From NCBI GenBank assembly GCA_902465435.1, contig CABQNH010000005.1, forward strand, positions 10,889 through 74,888: a stretch of DNA of 64,000 nt, given 5' to 3'. The stretch's first letter is position 1; the number at the start of each line of letters is the position of its first letter. The notes below the pieces were generated by a model, which saw only the letters and a list, made by a program, of their open reading frames with translations, was not told the origin of the DNA and did not search any database. Below are positions 53,436 to 63,070 of this stretch, one piece after another. The DNA is from an uncultured Eubacteriales bacterium. Lineage in GTDB: Bacteria; Bacillota; Clostridia; Oscillospirales; Oscillospiraceae. A program made the position numbers and the translations under genes.

Positions 53436-53679
53436 CCGGAAGCGCATACCCGGACACCGCCCCGTCCCGCACCGGATCGCGCATCGTGCGTTTCTTCAAG
53501 GCGCCTTCTGCCTCCATGGTGCCGTCCCGTTGGAATCCCTTCCGCTATTTCCCGAGCCATTCGGCTGCCGTCCTACCGTCCGTCCCTGCTTCTTCCTATA
53601 TATTCCAAGTCGGCAGCGCTGCCGATCGGAACCCGCCGCTCCTGCACAGCGGCGTGCCGCCGTCAGAAAAACCGCAAAG

Positions 53680-53718
53680 AATTCCGTATTGCAGAATTTG
53701 ATTCTGTAATACGGAATT
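53680..53718. promoter_or_regulatory. 18-bp-arm inverted repeat abutting the SLH-protein promoter
   Basis: AATTCCGTATTGCAGAAT-TTG-ATTCTGTAATACGGAATT with one mismatch, 5 nt upstream of the -35. Confidence 0.45.
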
Positions 53719-53723
53719 TCTCA

Positions 53724-53753
53724 TTAGACTGCACCCTTTTTCTATAGTATAAT
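53724..53753 (+). promoter_or_regulatory. sigma-70-type promoter for the 53800 SLH protein gene
   Basis: TTAGAC-18 nt-TATAAT. Confidence 0.5.
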
Positions 53754-53799
53754 GCGTACAGTTATCCTCTTAAAAAAATAACGAAAAGGAGCAATGACA

Positions 53800-55146
53800 A
53801 TGAAGCTACTGAAACAGTCTGCCCGGCGGCTGCCGGTGCTGCTGCTGTGCGTGTCGATGCTGACCGGAATTCTGCTTCCGGCGCACGCCGCCGGCGCGAC
53901 ACCCGCCTTCCGCTTTGGAACGGAAAAGCCGACTGAGCCGGTCGTTCTGACCGTCTACGAGCAGTACGAGGGCGAAACCGCCGCCTCGGTCAAGACCTAC
54001 ACCGCAAGCGAATTGGAGGCTATCTCGACCTCGAACGTCGCCGGTTATCAGTATTGGAAGGGCGATGACGAAATGATCCTTGCCGCGACGGAATACGTCA
54101 CGATTGCAAATCTGCTGGCGGACGCCGGTGTGGAATTTGCCACGGGCGACACGCTGCGCGCCGCCGATCCCACTGACTTTGCCTCTACCCTCACCTTTGA
54201 GGAAAACGAAACCTACCGCTATTTCGGCACGGAATCCGGCATGGTCGAGGTTCCCGCCGCGCTGGCGCTGAGCTGGAACTCCGGCTCCGGCACGCTGGAG
54301 GAGGTCGCCGCGACGGCTTACAACTCCGGCAGCATCCGCTTCTGCTTCGGCATCAGTGAGCAGCAGTACGCAGAGAAGTCCGCGAAGGGCAAGCGCCTTG
54401 TTTCCGGCGTGACCACCCTCACCGTCATTCACCCGACCGATTGCGCGCACGAGACAACGGAGCTGGTAAACGCCAAGCCCGCCACCTGCACGCAGGACGG
54501 CTACACCGGCGATCTTGTCTGCACGGTCTGCCACACCGTTTTGAAGCAGGGCGAGGTCATTCCGGCCAACTGCCCCAGCGCAAAATTTGAGGATGCACCG
54601 GCCTTGGACAACTGGGCGCACGCAGGCATCGACTTCGTTGTGAAAAACGGTTTGTTTACCGGCGTATCGGAGACAGAGTTTGCTCCTGAGGTCAGCATGA
54701 CCCGCGCCATGCTTGTCACGGTGCTCTATGCCCACGCAGGCAAGCCCGCCGCCACGTCGGAGAACCCCTTCACGGATGTGGAGGAAGGCCGCTGGTACAC
54801 CGCCGCCGTGCTTTGGGCGGCGGAGAACGGCATTGTTGCCGGTATCGGCGAGAATCGCTTTGCCCCGGCAAAGGCGGTGACCCGCGAACAGATCGCCGTC
54901 ATGCTGTGCAGCTATGCGAAGCACTGTGGGCAGGATGTTTCGGCAAGCGCAGCGCTGACACAGTTTGCAGACGCAGAGCAGGTCAGCACTTGGGCAAAGG
55001 ACGCGCTTTCCTGGGCGGTTGCCGAGGAGCTGCTTTCCGGCAAGGCCGCGAACGGTACGCTTCTGCTCGCGCCGCAGGAGGATGCCAGCCGCGCACAGGT
55101 CGCAACGATCCTGATGCGTTTTGTGCAGAACGCCGAGAAGAAGTAA
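53800..55146 (+). CDS. secreted SLH-domain surface protein
   Basis: 448 aa from ATG 53800, 8 nt after AGGAG. Signal peptide, unknown N-terminal domain, Cys-rich CAHE...ATCTQDGYTGDLVCTVCH motif, and three C-terminal SLH repeats. Confidence 0.85.
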   Translation: MKLLKQSARRLPVLLLCVSMLTGILLPAHAAGATPAFRFGTEKPTEPVVLTVYEQYEGETAASVKTYTASELEAISTSNVAGYQYWKGDDEMILAATEYVTIANLLADAGVEFATGDTLRAADPTDFASTLTFEENETYRYFGTESGMVEVPAALALSWNSGSGTLEEVAATAYNSGSIRFCFGISEQQYAEKSAKGKRLVSGVTTLTVIHPTDCAHETTELVNAKPATCTQDGYTGDLVCTVCHTVLKQGEVIPANCPSAKFEDAPALDNWAHAGIDFVVKNGLFTGVSETEFAPEVSMTRAMLVTVLYAHAGKPAATSENPFTDVEEGRWYTAAVLWAAENGIVAGIGENRFAPAKAVTREQIAVMLCSYAKHCGQDVSASAALTQFADAEQVSTWAKDALSWAVAEELLSGKAANGTLLLAPQEDASRAQVATILMRFVQNAEKK

Positions 55147-55326
55147 GCAAGTTCTCAGGTTCACACGACATAAGGGAACCTCTGATCCATTCCATATGAT
55201 TCAGAGGTTCCTCCCAAACCGTTATAAAGTCCGCCCGCGTGTCAAAGGGTTCTTTGGCACGCGGGCAGGTTATTTAGGCAGTCTTAAAATGCAAATCCGG
55301 AGAGAACCGCCCGCATTAAAGTGAAA

Positions 55327-55367
55327 AGCCGTGAAAATCCGATAAACTGGATTTTCACGGCTTTTTG
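55327..55367. terminator. bidirectional terminator between the convergent SLH genes
   Basis: 14-bp stem AGCCGTGAAAATCC / GGATTTTCACGGCT flanked by AAA and TTTTTG. Confidence 0.7.
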
Positions 55368-55583
55368 TTTGAGTGATTCTGCTGAGACAGTCCTCAAATT
55401 TTTTCTCTTACGTCTTATACATCATACATCGTTTCGCCCTGCGCGTTGGATGTATGCTTCCGGCGGACGGATTCCCGGCACGCTTTGGGTGCGTGGTGGC
55501 ATGCGTGCCGTCATGCTTTCACGCGGGGAAAACGCTGCCGGAAAATTACAGGCAGAATTCCCTTATCCTTTCCTGTTTCGTGT

Positions 55584-58500
55584 TCAATCTTTTGCGACCT
55601 TGGTCACAAACTGCATGAGGATCGTTGCGACCTGTGCGCGCGTGGCGTTGTTCTTCGGGTTTAGGTACGTTGCGCCGCCTGAGGCCGCACCGGAGATCAG
55701 GCCCTCGGCGACCGCCCAGGAAAGCGCGTCCTTTGCCCAGCCGCTGGTGCTGCCTGCATCCGGATAGGGGGAAAGCTCGACGCTCGAGGAGGTGTCGAAG
55801 GCCTTATACCGCGCGTAGCTGCGCAGCATGACTGCGATCTGCTCGCGCGTCACGTTCCCGAAGGGATTGAATTTTCCGTTGCCCGCGCCGGAAACAATGC
55901 CGTTGGCAGCCGCCCAGATCACCGGCTTGGAGAACCAGCGGTCATTTTCCACGTCCGTGAAGGGGTTCTCCGCCGTCACCTCGGGCTTGCCCTCTAAGCT
56001 GTAGAGCACCGTGACGAGCATGGCGCGGTTCATGGTCACGTTGGGCGAGACCGTCGTGTCGGACGTGCCGGAGAGCAGCCCGCGCGCAATGCAGAAGTCC
56101 AGACCCTTATGCGCCCAATTGGATACGCCGGGCATATCCGCAAAGTCATGCCCCGGGCAGACAGTACCGCACCACGTTTCTGTGGGATACGCGTCCTCCC
56201 CAAAGGTCGGCGACGTCCAGCCGCTGCAGCCGGACACATAATGGATCTTGAAGCCAAGCTCAGCAAGCGAAGCCCCGCTAGCGCTTCTCCCATCCGGCGT
56301 CGCCATTTTACTGTAGAAGAATACCTCCGCACCAAATTCAGGCGCATCTCCGCAGAAATAAGCGCCGCTTAACGCGGTACAGCCGCTGAACGCACCGCCT
56401 CGAATGATCGTCACACTCGACGGAATGATGACGCTCGTCAGGCCGGTGCAGCCGGAAAACGCGCAGGCGCCAATGCTCGTCACACGCAAAGGGATGACAT
56501 ATGCGCCGGAAAAGCCGCCGGGATAGCAAAGCAAATCGGTTTTCTCTTTGTTAAAAAGCACACCGCTTTCGTCGTTGGAATAGACAGGATTCTTCGCATC
56601 GACCCAGATTCCGGTCAGGCCGGTGCAGCCGGAAAACGCGCCGGGTTCAATGCTTGTTACGCTGGACGGAATGGTGACACTTGCTAAACCGGTGCAGCCG
56701 TAGAACGCATCGGCTCCAATGCTTGTCAGCCCCTCTGAAAAGGAAACGCTTGTCAAACCGCTGCAGCCGCAGAACGCTCCCCATTCAATGCTTGTTACGC
56801 TCGACGGGATGCTGACGCTTGTCAGACCGCTGCAGCCATAGAACACACTGTTTCCAATACTCGTCACACCCTCCGAAATGGTGACACTCGTCAAGCCGGT
56901 GCAGTCAACGAACGCATAGTCTTCCATGCTCGTCACGCTTGAAGGAATGGTGACACTCTTCAAGCCGGTGCAGCCGGAGAACGCATTGTATCCAATGCTC
57001 GTAACGCCCTCCGAAATGGCGACATCTGTCAGACCGGTGCAGTTAGAGAACGCACGGCTCCCAATGCTCGTGACGCTCCCGGAAATGGCAACACTTGTCA
57101 AGCCGGTACAGCCGGAGAACGTATCGCTTTCCATGCTCGTCACGCTCGACGGAATGGTAATACTCGTCAGGCCGGTGCAGCGGAAGAACGCTGCTTCCCC
57201 AATGCGCGTCACGCTCGTTGGGATGGTAACACTCGTCAGGCCGGTACAGCCAGAGAACGCTGCTTCCCCAATGCGCGTCACACGCAAAGGGATGACATAT
57301 GCGCTGGAAAGGCCGCCGGGATAGCAAAGCAAATCGGTTTTCTCTTTGTTAAGAAGCACGCCGCTTTCATTGTTGGAATAGACAGGATTATTCGCATCGA
57401 CCCAGATTCCGGTCAGGCTGGTACAGCCGGAGAATGCACTGCCGCCAATGCTCGTCACGCTTGACGGGATGCTGACGCTTGTCAGACCGCTGCAGCCATA
57501 GAATACACGGTTTCCAATGCTTGCCACACTCGATGGAATGCTAACACTTGTCAAGCCGGTGCAGCCGTAGAACGTATCGCTTTCCATGCTCGTCACGCCC
57601 TCCGGAATGGTGATGCTCGTCAAACCGGTGCAGCCGGAGAAGGCACTGTATCCAATGCTCGTTACGCTTGACGGGATGCTGACGCTTGTCAGACCGGTGC
57701 AGCCATGGAACACCTCGCTTTCCATGCTCGTCAGGCCCTCCGGGAGGGCAACACTTGTCAGTCCGGTACAGTCATAGAACGCACGGCTTCCAATGCTCGT
57801 CTCGCTCGAAGGGATGGTGACACTCTTCAAGCCGGTGCAGCCGTAGAATGCAAAGTACCCAATGCTCGCAACACTCGTTGGGATGACATATGCGCCGGAA
57901 AAGCCGCCGGGGCAGCAGATCAATCTGGTTTTCTCTTTGTTAAAAAGCACACCGTTTTCATCGCTGGAATAGGCAGGATTCTTCGCATCGACCCAGATTC
58001 CGGTCAGGCCAGTGCAGCCGTGGAACGCATCGCTTTCCATGCTCGTGACGCTTCCCGGAATGGTGACGCTCGTCAGGCCGGTGCAGCGGAAGAACGCTGC
58101 TTCCCCAATGCTCGTCACACTCGTTGGGATGGTAACACTCGTCAGGCCGGTGCAGCCGTAGAACGTATAGTTTTCAATGCTCGTGACGCTCGACGGGATG
58201 ATGATGCTCGTCAGGCCGGTACAGTCGGAGAATGCTCCCCTTCCAATGCACGTTACGCTCGACGGGATGATGATGCTCGTCAGGCCGGTACAGCCATGGA
58301 ACACCTCGCTTTCCATGCTCGTCAGGCCCTCCGGGAGGGCAACACTTGTCAGTCCGGTACAGTCATAGAACGCACGGCTTCCAATGCACGTTACGCTCGA
58401 CGGAATGGTAATGCTTGTCAGAGCGGTGCAGTCAGAGAACGCATCTCTTCCAATGCCCGTCAGCCCATCCGTGAGACTGGCTGACGTAATCAGATCGCGG

Positions 58501-58718
58501 TATCTATACCACGGAGAAGCGTGCGCAAAGTCATAGTCTTTCATTGCCCCCGTGCCGGAGACGGTAAGAACGCCGTCAGAGTCCAGCGTCCAGGTTAAAT
58601 TTTCTCCACAGATACCGCTGGCGATGGATGTCGCAGCGCGCGCAGTGGGAATACACGGGGAGAAGAGTGCGCCGCACAGCACGAGGCAGAGGAAAAAGGC
58701 CAATGCGCGTCTTTTCAT
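55584..58718 (-). CDS. BspA-type leucine-rich-repeat surface protein with C-terminal SLH anchor
   Basis: 1044 aa from ATG 58718 (GGAGGG RBS). Signal peptide, about 30 tandem roughly 23-aa units (xAFxGCTGLTSVTIPSSVTSIG), then three SLH repeats very similar to those of the convergent neighbour. Confidence 0.88.
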   Translation of the reverse strand: MKRRALAFFLCLVLCGALFSPCIPTARAATSIASGICGENLTWTLDSDGVLTVSGTGAMKDYDFAHASPWYRYRDLITSASLTDGLTGIGRDAFSDCTALTSITIPSSVTCIGSRAFYDCTGLTSVALPEGLTSMESEVFHGCTGLTSIIIPSSVTCIGRGAFSDCTGLTSIIIPSSVTSIENYTFYGCTGLTSVTIPTSVTSIGEAAFFRCTGLTSVTIPGSVTSMESDAFHGCTGLTGIWVDAKNPAYSSDENGVLFNKEKTRLICCPGGFSGAYVIPTSVASIGYFAFYGCTGLKSVTIPSSETSIGSRAFYDCTGLTSVALPEGLTSMESEVFHGCTGLTSVSIPSSVTSIGYSAFSGCTGLTSITIPEGVTSMESDTFYGCTGLTSVSIPSSVASIGNRVFYGCSGLTSVSIPSSVTSIGGSAFSGCTSLTGIWVDANNPVYSNNESGVLLNKEKTDLLCYPGGLSSAYVIPLRVTRIGEAAFSGCTGLTSVTIPTSVTRIGEAAFFRCTGLTSITIPSSVTSMESDTFSGCTGLTSVAISGSVTSIGSRAFSNCTGLTDVAISEGVTSIGYNAFSGCTGLKSVTIPSSVTSMEDYAFVDCTGLTSVTISEGVTSIGNSVFYGCSGLTSVSIPSSVTSIEWGAFCGCSGLTSVSFSEGLTSIGADAFYGCTGLASVTIPSSVTSIEPGAFSGCTGLTGIWVDAKNPVYSNDESGVLFNKEKTDLLCYPGGFSGAYVIPLRVTSIGACAFSGCTGLTSVIIPSSVTIIRGGAFSGCTALSGAYFCGDAPEFGAEVFFYSKMATPDGRSASGASLAELGFKIHYVSGCSGWTSPTFGEDAYPTETWCGTVCPGHDFADMPGVSNWAHKGLDFCIARGLLSGTSDTTVSPNVTMNRAMLVTVLYSLEGKPEVTAENPFTDVENDRWFSKPVIWAAANGIVSGAGNGKFNPFGNVTREQIAVMLRSYARYKAFDTSSSVELSPYPDAGSTSGWAKDALSWAVAEGLISGAASGGATYLNPKNNATRAQVATILMQFVTKVAKD
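56350..58480 (-). repeat. tandem roughly 69-bp coding repeats (LRR units) inside the surface-protein gene
   Basis: Periodicity is visible in the protein and in the repetitive antisense ORFs (MLVTLDGMVTLV.PVQPENA...). Confidence 0.8.
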
Positions 58719-59074
58719 CAGTAAGTCCCTCCTCAATAAATAAAATATGCTTGAGAGATAATTGCGGGAGTGATTGCAAGGGAATCGCTTTACAGCTCGC
58801 GCCGACGGCTTCTGCAATCGAGCACAGACACACCAATCTCACCGAATGCGCGCACCCGGCGAATCGCAGAGAGCATAGCGCGGCAAGCACGGCTTATTGA
58901 TTTTAAGTATACAATGAACAGATTGGATAATCAAGCAGGAAGGTACAGATTCGCGGCTATCCCATTTGCGTCCGTGCCGGAAGCGCCCTTTTCCTCCGTG
59001 ATATAAAGGGTGACGACAGCCTGAGCTTCTGCAGCAGAGTATACTTCGCCGCAAAGCAGGCAAGTATATCCAAT

Positions 59075-59281
59075 TCAAGTTTCCGCAAACGCAAGATTGC
59101 AAATGGACTTATCCAGCTCGTCTTTCGTCAAGGGGATCGCCGCACTTGGCATTTCATCCTTTTGCCCCTTTACCTCTTCGGGTGTGGTTGCTTCGGCAGA
59201 TATTTCAGGAGCATCCTTCCCGCCACCGCAAGCACACAGGGACAGCACAAGTGCCAAGCGCAGGGCGATTGACTTTTTCAT
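59075..59281 (-). CDS. small hypothetical lipoprotein (68 aa)
   Basis: MKKSIALRLALVLSLCAC lipobox signal. No family recognised. Confidence 0.5.
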   Translation of the reverse strand: MKKSIALRLALVLSLCACGGGKDAPEISAEATTPEEVKGQKDEMPSAAIPLTKDELDKSICNLAFAET

Positions 59282-59377
59282 TTGCGTTTCTTCCTTAAGC
59301 GTAATAACCGATATAGGTTAATATTATTATACACCGTATTCGGTTATCATGTCTAGTAAGAACGGGGGCTGCGTCCC

Positions 59378-59581
59378 GTGATTTCTTACGATAATCTATG
59401 GAATGTAATGAAAGAGAAGGGTATCACACAATATACGCTGATCAAGCAGTATCCTATCAGCCCCGGACAGATTACGCGATTAAAACGAAACGAAAGCGTT
59501 CGTACCCATACGATTGAGATGTTTTGCAGAATCCTGTCCTGCGAAGTTGGGGACATAATGAAGTATATTCCGGATGATTAG
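59378..59581 (+). CDS. small XRE/Cro-like helix-turn-helix protein (67 aa)
   Basis: GTG start. The pattern YDNLWNVMKEKGITQYTLIKQ...ISPGQITRLKRNESV...IEMFCRILSCEVGDIM matches the short HTH family common in Firmicutes. Confidence 0.65.
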   Translation: MISYDNLWNVMKEKGITQYTLIKQYPISPGQITRLKRNESVRTHTIEMFCRILSCEVGDIMKYIPDD

Positions 59582-59659
59582 AGCGGAGAAATCTGCTCTT
59601 TTTCTTTTGGGAAGCACATCCTCATTTTCTTCCTCACAACCACCTCGAAAACAGCAAAA

Positions 59660-59707
59660 CAGGGAAGCACCTCATACCGAAGAAGTTCGGTATGAGGTGC
59701 TTCCCTG
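59660..59707. terminator. bidirectional terminator with perfect 22-bp stem
   Basis: CAGGGAAGCACCTCATACCGAA-GAAG-TTCGGTATGAGGTGCTTCCCTG flanked by A-rich and T-rich runs. Confidence 0.75.
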
Positions 59708-59766
59708 TTTCCATTTTTCAAAAAGTGGGGTTTGAACTTTTTCGGTTCAAAAGAAGGGGATTCCCC

Positions 59767-60768
59767 TTACTTCTTCAGGCTTTCCGCAACGGCGACAGCC
59801 ACAGCGACGGTAGCGCCGACCATGGGGTTGTTGCCCATGCCCAGGAAGCCCATCATTTCCACATGCGCCGGAACGGAGGACGAGCCTGCGAACTGCGCGT
59901 CGGAATGCATACGGCCCATCGTATCGGTCATGCCGTAGGAAGCGGGGCCCGCCGCCATGTTATCCGGATGGAGCGTACGACCCGTGCCGCCGCCGGAAGC
60001 GACGGAGAAATACTTCTTGCCCTGCTCGATGCACTCTTTCTTATAGGTGCCGGCAACGGGATGCTGGAAGCGGGTCGGGTTGGTGGAGTTGCCGGTAATG
60101 GAAACGTCCACGCCCTCGTGGTGCATGATCGCAACGCCCTCGCGAACGTCGTCCGCGCCGTAGCAGCGAACGTTTGCGCGCTCGCCCTCGGAGTAGCGGA
60201 TCTCGCGAACGATCTTCAATTCGCCGGTATAGTAATCAAACTGCGTCTGCACATAGGTGAAGCCGTTGATACGGGAAATGATCTGCGCAGCGTCCTTGCC
60301 AAGGCCGTTGAGGATCACGCGCAGCGGCGTCTTGCGCGCCTTGTTCGCATTGCGGACAATGCCGATCGCGCCTTCCGCAGCTGCAAAGGATTCGTGGCCT
60401 GCCAGGAAAGCAAAGCACTTGGAGTCCTCGCTCAGGAGCATTGCGCCGAGATTGCCGTGGCCGAGGCCGACCTTGCGGTCATCTGCGACGGAGCCGTCGA
60501 TGCAGAAGGCCTGCAGGCCCTCGCCGATCTTCTTTGCTGCTTCCGCAGCGCTGGTCACACCGGCCTTCAGCGCGATGGCCGCGCCGACCGTATAGGCCCA
60601 GCAGGCGTTCTCAAAGCAGATGGGCTGGATGTTCTTCGTGATCTCATAGGGATCAAAGCCCTTTGCCTTGCAGATCTCGCGGCACTCTTCCACCGAACCG
60701 ATGCCGTACTGCGCGAGGACGCCGTTGATCTTGTCGATTCTTCTTTCGTAACTTTCAAATAAAGCCAT
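59767..60768 (-). CDS. GGGtGRT-family protein (function unknown)
   Basis: 333 aa. Contains the family-naming motif SGGGTGRTLHPD. Confidence 0.8.
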   Translation of the reverse strand: MALFESYERRIDKINGVLAQYGIGSVEECREICKAKGFDPYEITKNIQPICFENACWAYTVGAAIALKAGVTSAAEAAKKIGEGLQAFCIDGSVADDRKVGLGHGNLGAMLLSEDSKCFAFLAGHESFAAAEGAIGIVRNANKARKTPLRVILNGLGKDAAQIISRINGFTYVQTQFDYYTGELKIVREIRYSEGERANVRCYGADDVREGVAIMHHEGVDVSITGNSTNPTRFQHPVAGTYKKECIEQGKKYFSVASGGGTGRTLHPDNMAAGPASYGMTDTMGRMHSDAQFAGSSSVPAHVEMMGFLGMGNNPMVGATVAVAVAVAESLKK

Positions 60769-60786
60769 GATTTCGTCCTCCCTTTC

Positions 60787-61479
60787 TTATTCCTGGCGCG
60801 GGTCGATGTACTTGGCGGCGTTGTCAAACTGGCCGTAGTGTCCCTTTGCCTTGTCCATTGCGGTCTGGGCATCGTCGCCCTTCTTGATGAAGTCCATCAT
60901 CTTGCCGAGATTGATAAATTCGTAACCGACGATCTCGTCGTTCTGATTCAGCGCAAGGCGCGTGCAGTAGCCCTCTGCCATTTCGAGGTAGCGCGGGCCC
61001 TTCTCGCGGGTTGCGAACATCGTGCCGACCTGGCTGCGCAGACCCTTGCCGAGATCCTCCATAGAAGCGCCGACGGACAGGCCGCCCTCGGAGAACGCGG
61101 ACTGCGTGCGGCCATAGACGATCTGCAGGAACAGCTCGCGCATGGCGGTGTTGATCGCGTCGCAGACGAGGTCGGTGTTGAGTGCTTCAAGGATGGTCTT
61201 GCCGATCAGGATCTCCGAAGCCATAGCGGCGGAGTGGGTCATGCCGGAGCAGCCGATCGTCTCCACCAGCGCCTCTTCAATGACGCCGTTTTTGACGTTG
61301 AGCGTCAGCTTGCAGGCGCCCTGCTGCGGCGCGCACCAGCCGACACCATGGGTAAAGCCGGAAATATCGGAAATTTCTTTGGCCTGCACCCATTTGCCCT
61401 CTTCGGGAATGGGAGCCGGACCGTGGTATGCACCCTTCGCAACCGGGCACATATGCTGAACTTCGGTCGTGTAAATCAT
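60787..61479 (-). CDS. NifU/IscU N-terminal-like iron-sulfur scaffold-type protein
   Basis: 230 aa from ATG 61479. Cys-containing blocks GWCAPQQGACKL and ETIGCSGMTHSAAMASE resemble the IscU/NifU-N fold. 18-nt gap to the GGGtGRT gene. Confidence 0.6.
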   Translation of the reverse strand: MIYTTEVQHMCPVAKGAYHGPAPIPEEGKWVQAKEISDISGFTHGVGWCAPQQGACKLTLNVKNGVIEEALVETIGCSGMTHSAAMASEILIGKTILEALNTDLVCDAINTAMRELFLQIVYGRTQSAFSEGGLSVGASMEDLGKGLRSQVGTMFATREKGPRYLEMAEGYCTRLALNQNDEIVGYEFINLGKMMDFIKKGDDAQTAMDKAKGHYGQFDNAAKYIDPRQE

Positions 61480-61620
61480 TGTCTTGTTCCTTTCGACATT
61501 TATTGGAAGCCAATGACCCCTGCTTGCCGGGGAAGCCGGGCGACGCCGCAGCGCGGCGTACACGGCACGGCCAAAGGCTTTCGTGGATAGAATCCGGGAA
61601 ATCGCTCGATTTCAAGCTAT

Positions 61621-61649
61621 ATTATACAGAAATCCCGCACGCTTGTCAA
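61621..61649 (-). promoter_or_regulatory. consensus sigma-70 promoter for the NifU-like/GGGtGRT operon
   Basis: Minus strand TTGACA-17 nt-TATAAT, leaving a leader of about 135 nt. Confidence 0.65.
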
Positions 61650-61919
61650 TCCACCGCGCGTGACAAAACATGGTTTTGCGTCAGGAAACCGCACATTTCG
61701 CCGAAAATCGTGCGCGGGCGACGCCGCGGCGGATGCGTCCGGTGTTTTTACCCGAATGCGCCGATGCTCCGGCACGCCGGATGCCATAATGCCCGCTGCG
61801 GCGGCAGATAAATCCCGCGTGGCTGCGCATACTATCGTCGTTGGCCGACTGAAAGAAATCCGCTCGTTTTTCTTTCTGGAAAACATAATATTTTTACAAA
61901 AAATTTTTATACAAACCTA

Positions 61920-61948
61920 TTGACAAGCAATAAAAGGCGGTGTATAGT
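61920..61948 (+). promoter_or_regulatory. sigma-70-type promoter of the hrcA-grpE-dnaK operon
   Basis: TTGACA-17 nt-TATAGT. Confidence 0.75.
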
Positions 61949-61952
61949 AGCG

Positions 61953-61979
61953 TTAGCACTCAGGAGTAACGAGTGCTAA
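61953..61979 (+). promoter_or_regulatory. CIRCE operator of the dnaK operon
   Basis: Exact TTAGCACTC-N9-GAGTGCTAA, 4 nt after the -10. Confidence 0.9.
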
Positions 61980-62000
61980 TCTCTCAGGGAGGTCAGCGAA

Positions 62001-63056
62001 ATGGAGCTTTCGGGCAGAAAGAAAAAGGTTCTGCGCAGCATCGTAGAGCTTTACATCAAAACCGCAGAGCCGGTCGGATCGAAGGCAATCGCGTCGCTTC
62101 CCGATATGAGCTTTTCCTCCGCAACGATCCGCAACGAAATGGCGGAGCTGACGAGCATGGGACTTTTGGAGCAGCCGCACACCTCGGCCGGGCGTATCCC
62201 CTCGGCGGCGGGCTACCGCTTCTATATTGACGAGCTAATGCAGGATTACCGCCTCACCGCCTCGGAGACGCAGAGTCTCAATCAGGCAATGGAGCTTCGG
62301 CTGCAGGAGTTTGACAAGGCAATGACGCAGGTCGGCAAAATGGTATCTCAGCTTACGAACCTGCCCGCCTATGCCGTCGCCTCCCACTCCAAGGCCGCAA
62401 CGGTCAAGCGCTTCGATTTGATCCTTGCGGAATCGAACAGCTTTATTCTGGTCGTTATGACCAATACCGACGTGGTAAAAAACAAGCTGATCCGGCTGCC
62501 TCTTGCCGTGAGCGAGCAGGATCTGCGGCTGTTGTCCGCCGTCCTCAACGCCAGTCTCACCGACCTCACGGTCGAGGAGATCACGCAGGAGCTTTTAAAC
62601 CGCGTCACGCGTTCGGCAGGCGCCGCCGCGAGCCTGATCCCCATCATTGTGGACTACACGGTTCACGTTCTGCGGGAACTTGGGCAGAACGAGGTCTACC
62701 TGACCGGCCAGACCAAGCTGCTCGGTCAGCCGGAATATCGCGATATCGAAAAGGCGGAAGAGCTTTTAACCAATTTGAATGAAGAAACCATTTCCAACCT
62801 CCCGGCGGAGGTACAGGCGCAGAACGGATTGCAGATCTTAGTTGGGCCTGAAAACGTCGCCAAAGAGCTGAAGGACACCTCGGTCGTCATGACGCGCTTT
62901 GACATCGGCGATGGCATGCAGGGCATGATCGGCGTGGTCGGTCCCACACGAATGGACTACGCGCAGGTCGCCGCCCGCCTGAGCTATTTTGCAGAGGGCT
63001 TGGGGCGGATGTTCGGCAAGCAGGAGCTGCCGCCGGCAAAAAAGGATGAGTCATAA
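62001..63056 (+). CDS. hrcA: heat-inducible transcription repressor HrcA
   Basis: 351 aa. N-terminal RKKKVLRSIVELYIKTAEPVGSKAI winged-helix region. Conserved operon position. Confidence 0.93.
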   Translation: MELSGRKKKVLRSIVELYIKTAEPVGSKAIASLPDMSFSSATIRNEMAELTSMGLLEQPHTSAGRIPSAAGYRFYIDELMQDYRLTASETQSLNQAMELRLQEFDKAMTQVGKMVSQLTNLPAYAVASHSKAATVKRFDLILAESNSFILVVMTNTDVVKNKLIRLPLAVSEQDLRLLSAVLNASLTDLTVEEITQELLNRVTRSAGAAASLIPIIVDYTVHVLRELGQNEVYLTGQTKLLGQPEYRDIEKAEELLTNLNEETISNLPAEVQAQNGLQILVGPENVAKELKDTSVVMTRFDIGDGMQGMIGVVGPTRMDYAQVAARLSYFAEGLGRMFGKQELPPAKKDES

Positions 63057-63070
63057 CGGAGGTGACACCA

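Noticed and set aside
55174-55210. The hairpin GGAACCTCTGA...TCAGAGGTTCC after the 53800 SLH gene as its terminator.
   Set aside because: It has a bulged stem and no U-tract. The clean bidirectional terminator at 55327-55367 is the better candidate, so this hairpin is not annotated.
56350-58480. Regular roughly 69-bp periodicity that could be mistaken for a CRISPR array or a non-coding VNTR.
   Set aside because: The repeats are contiguous with no unique spacers. They are in frame and translate into canonical BspA-type LRR units within one long ORF with a signal peptide and an SLH anchor.
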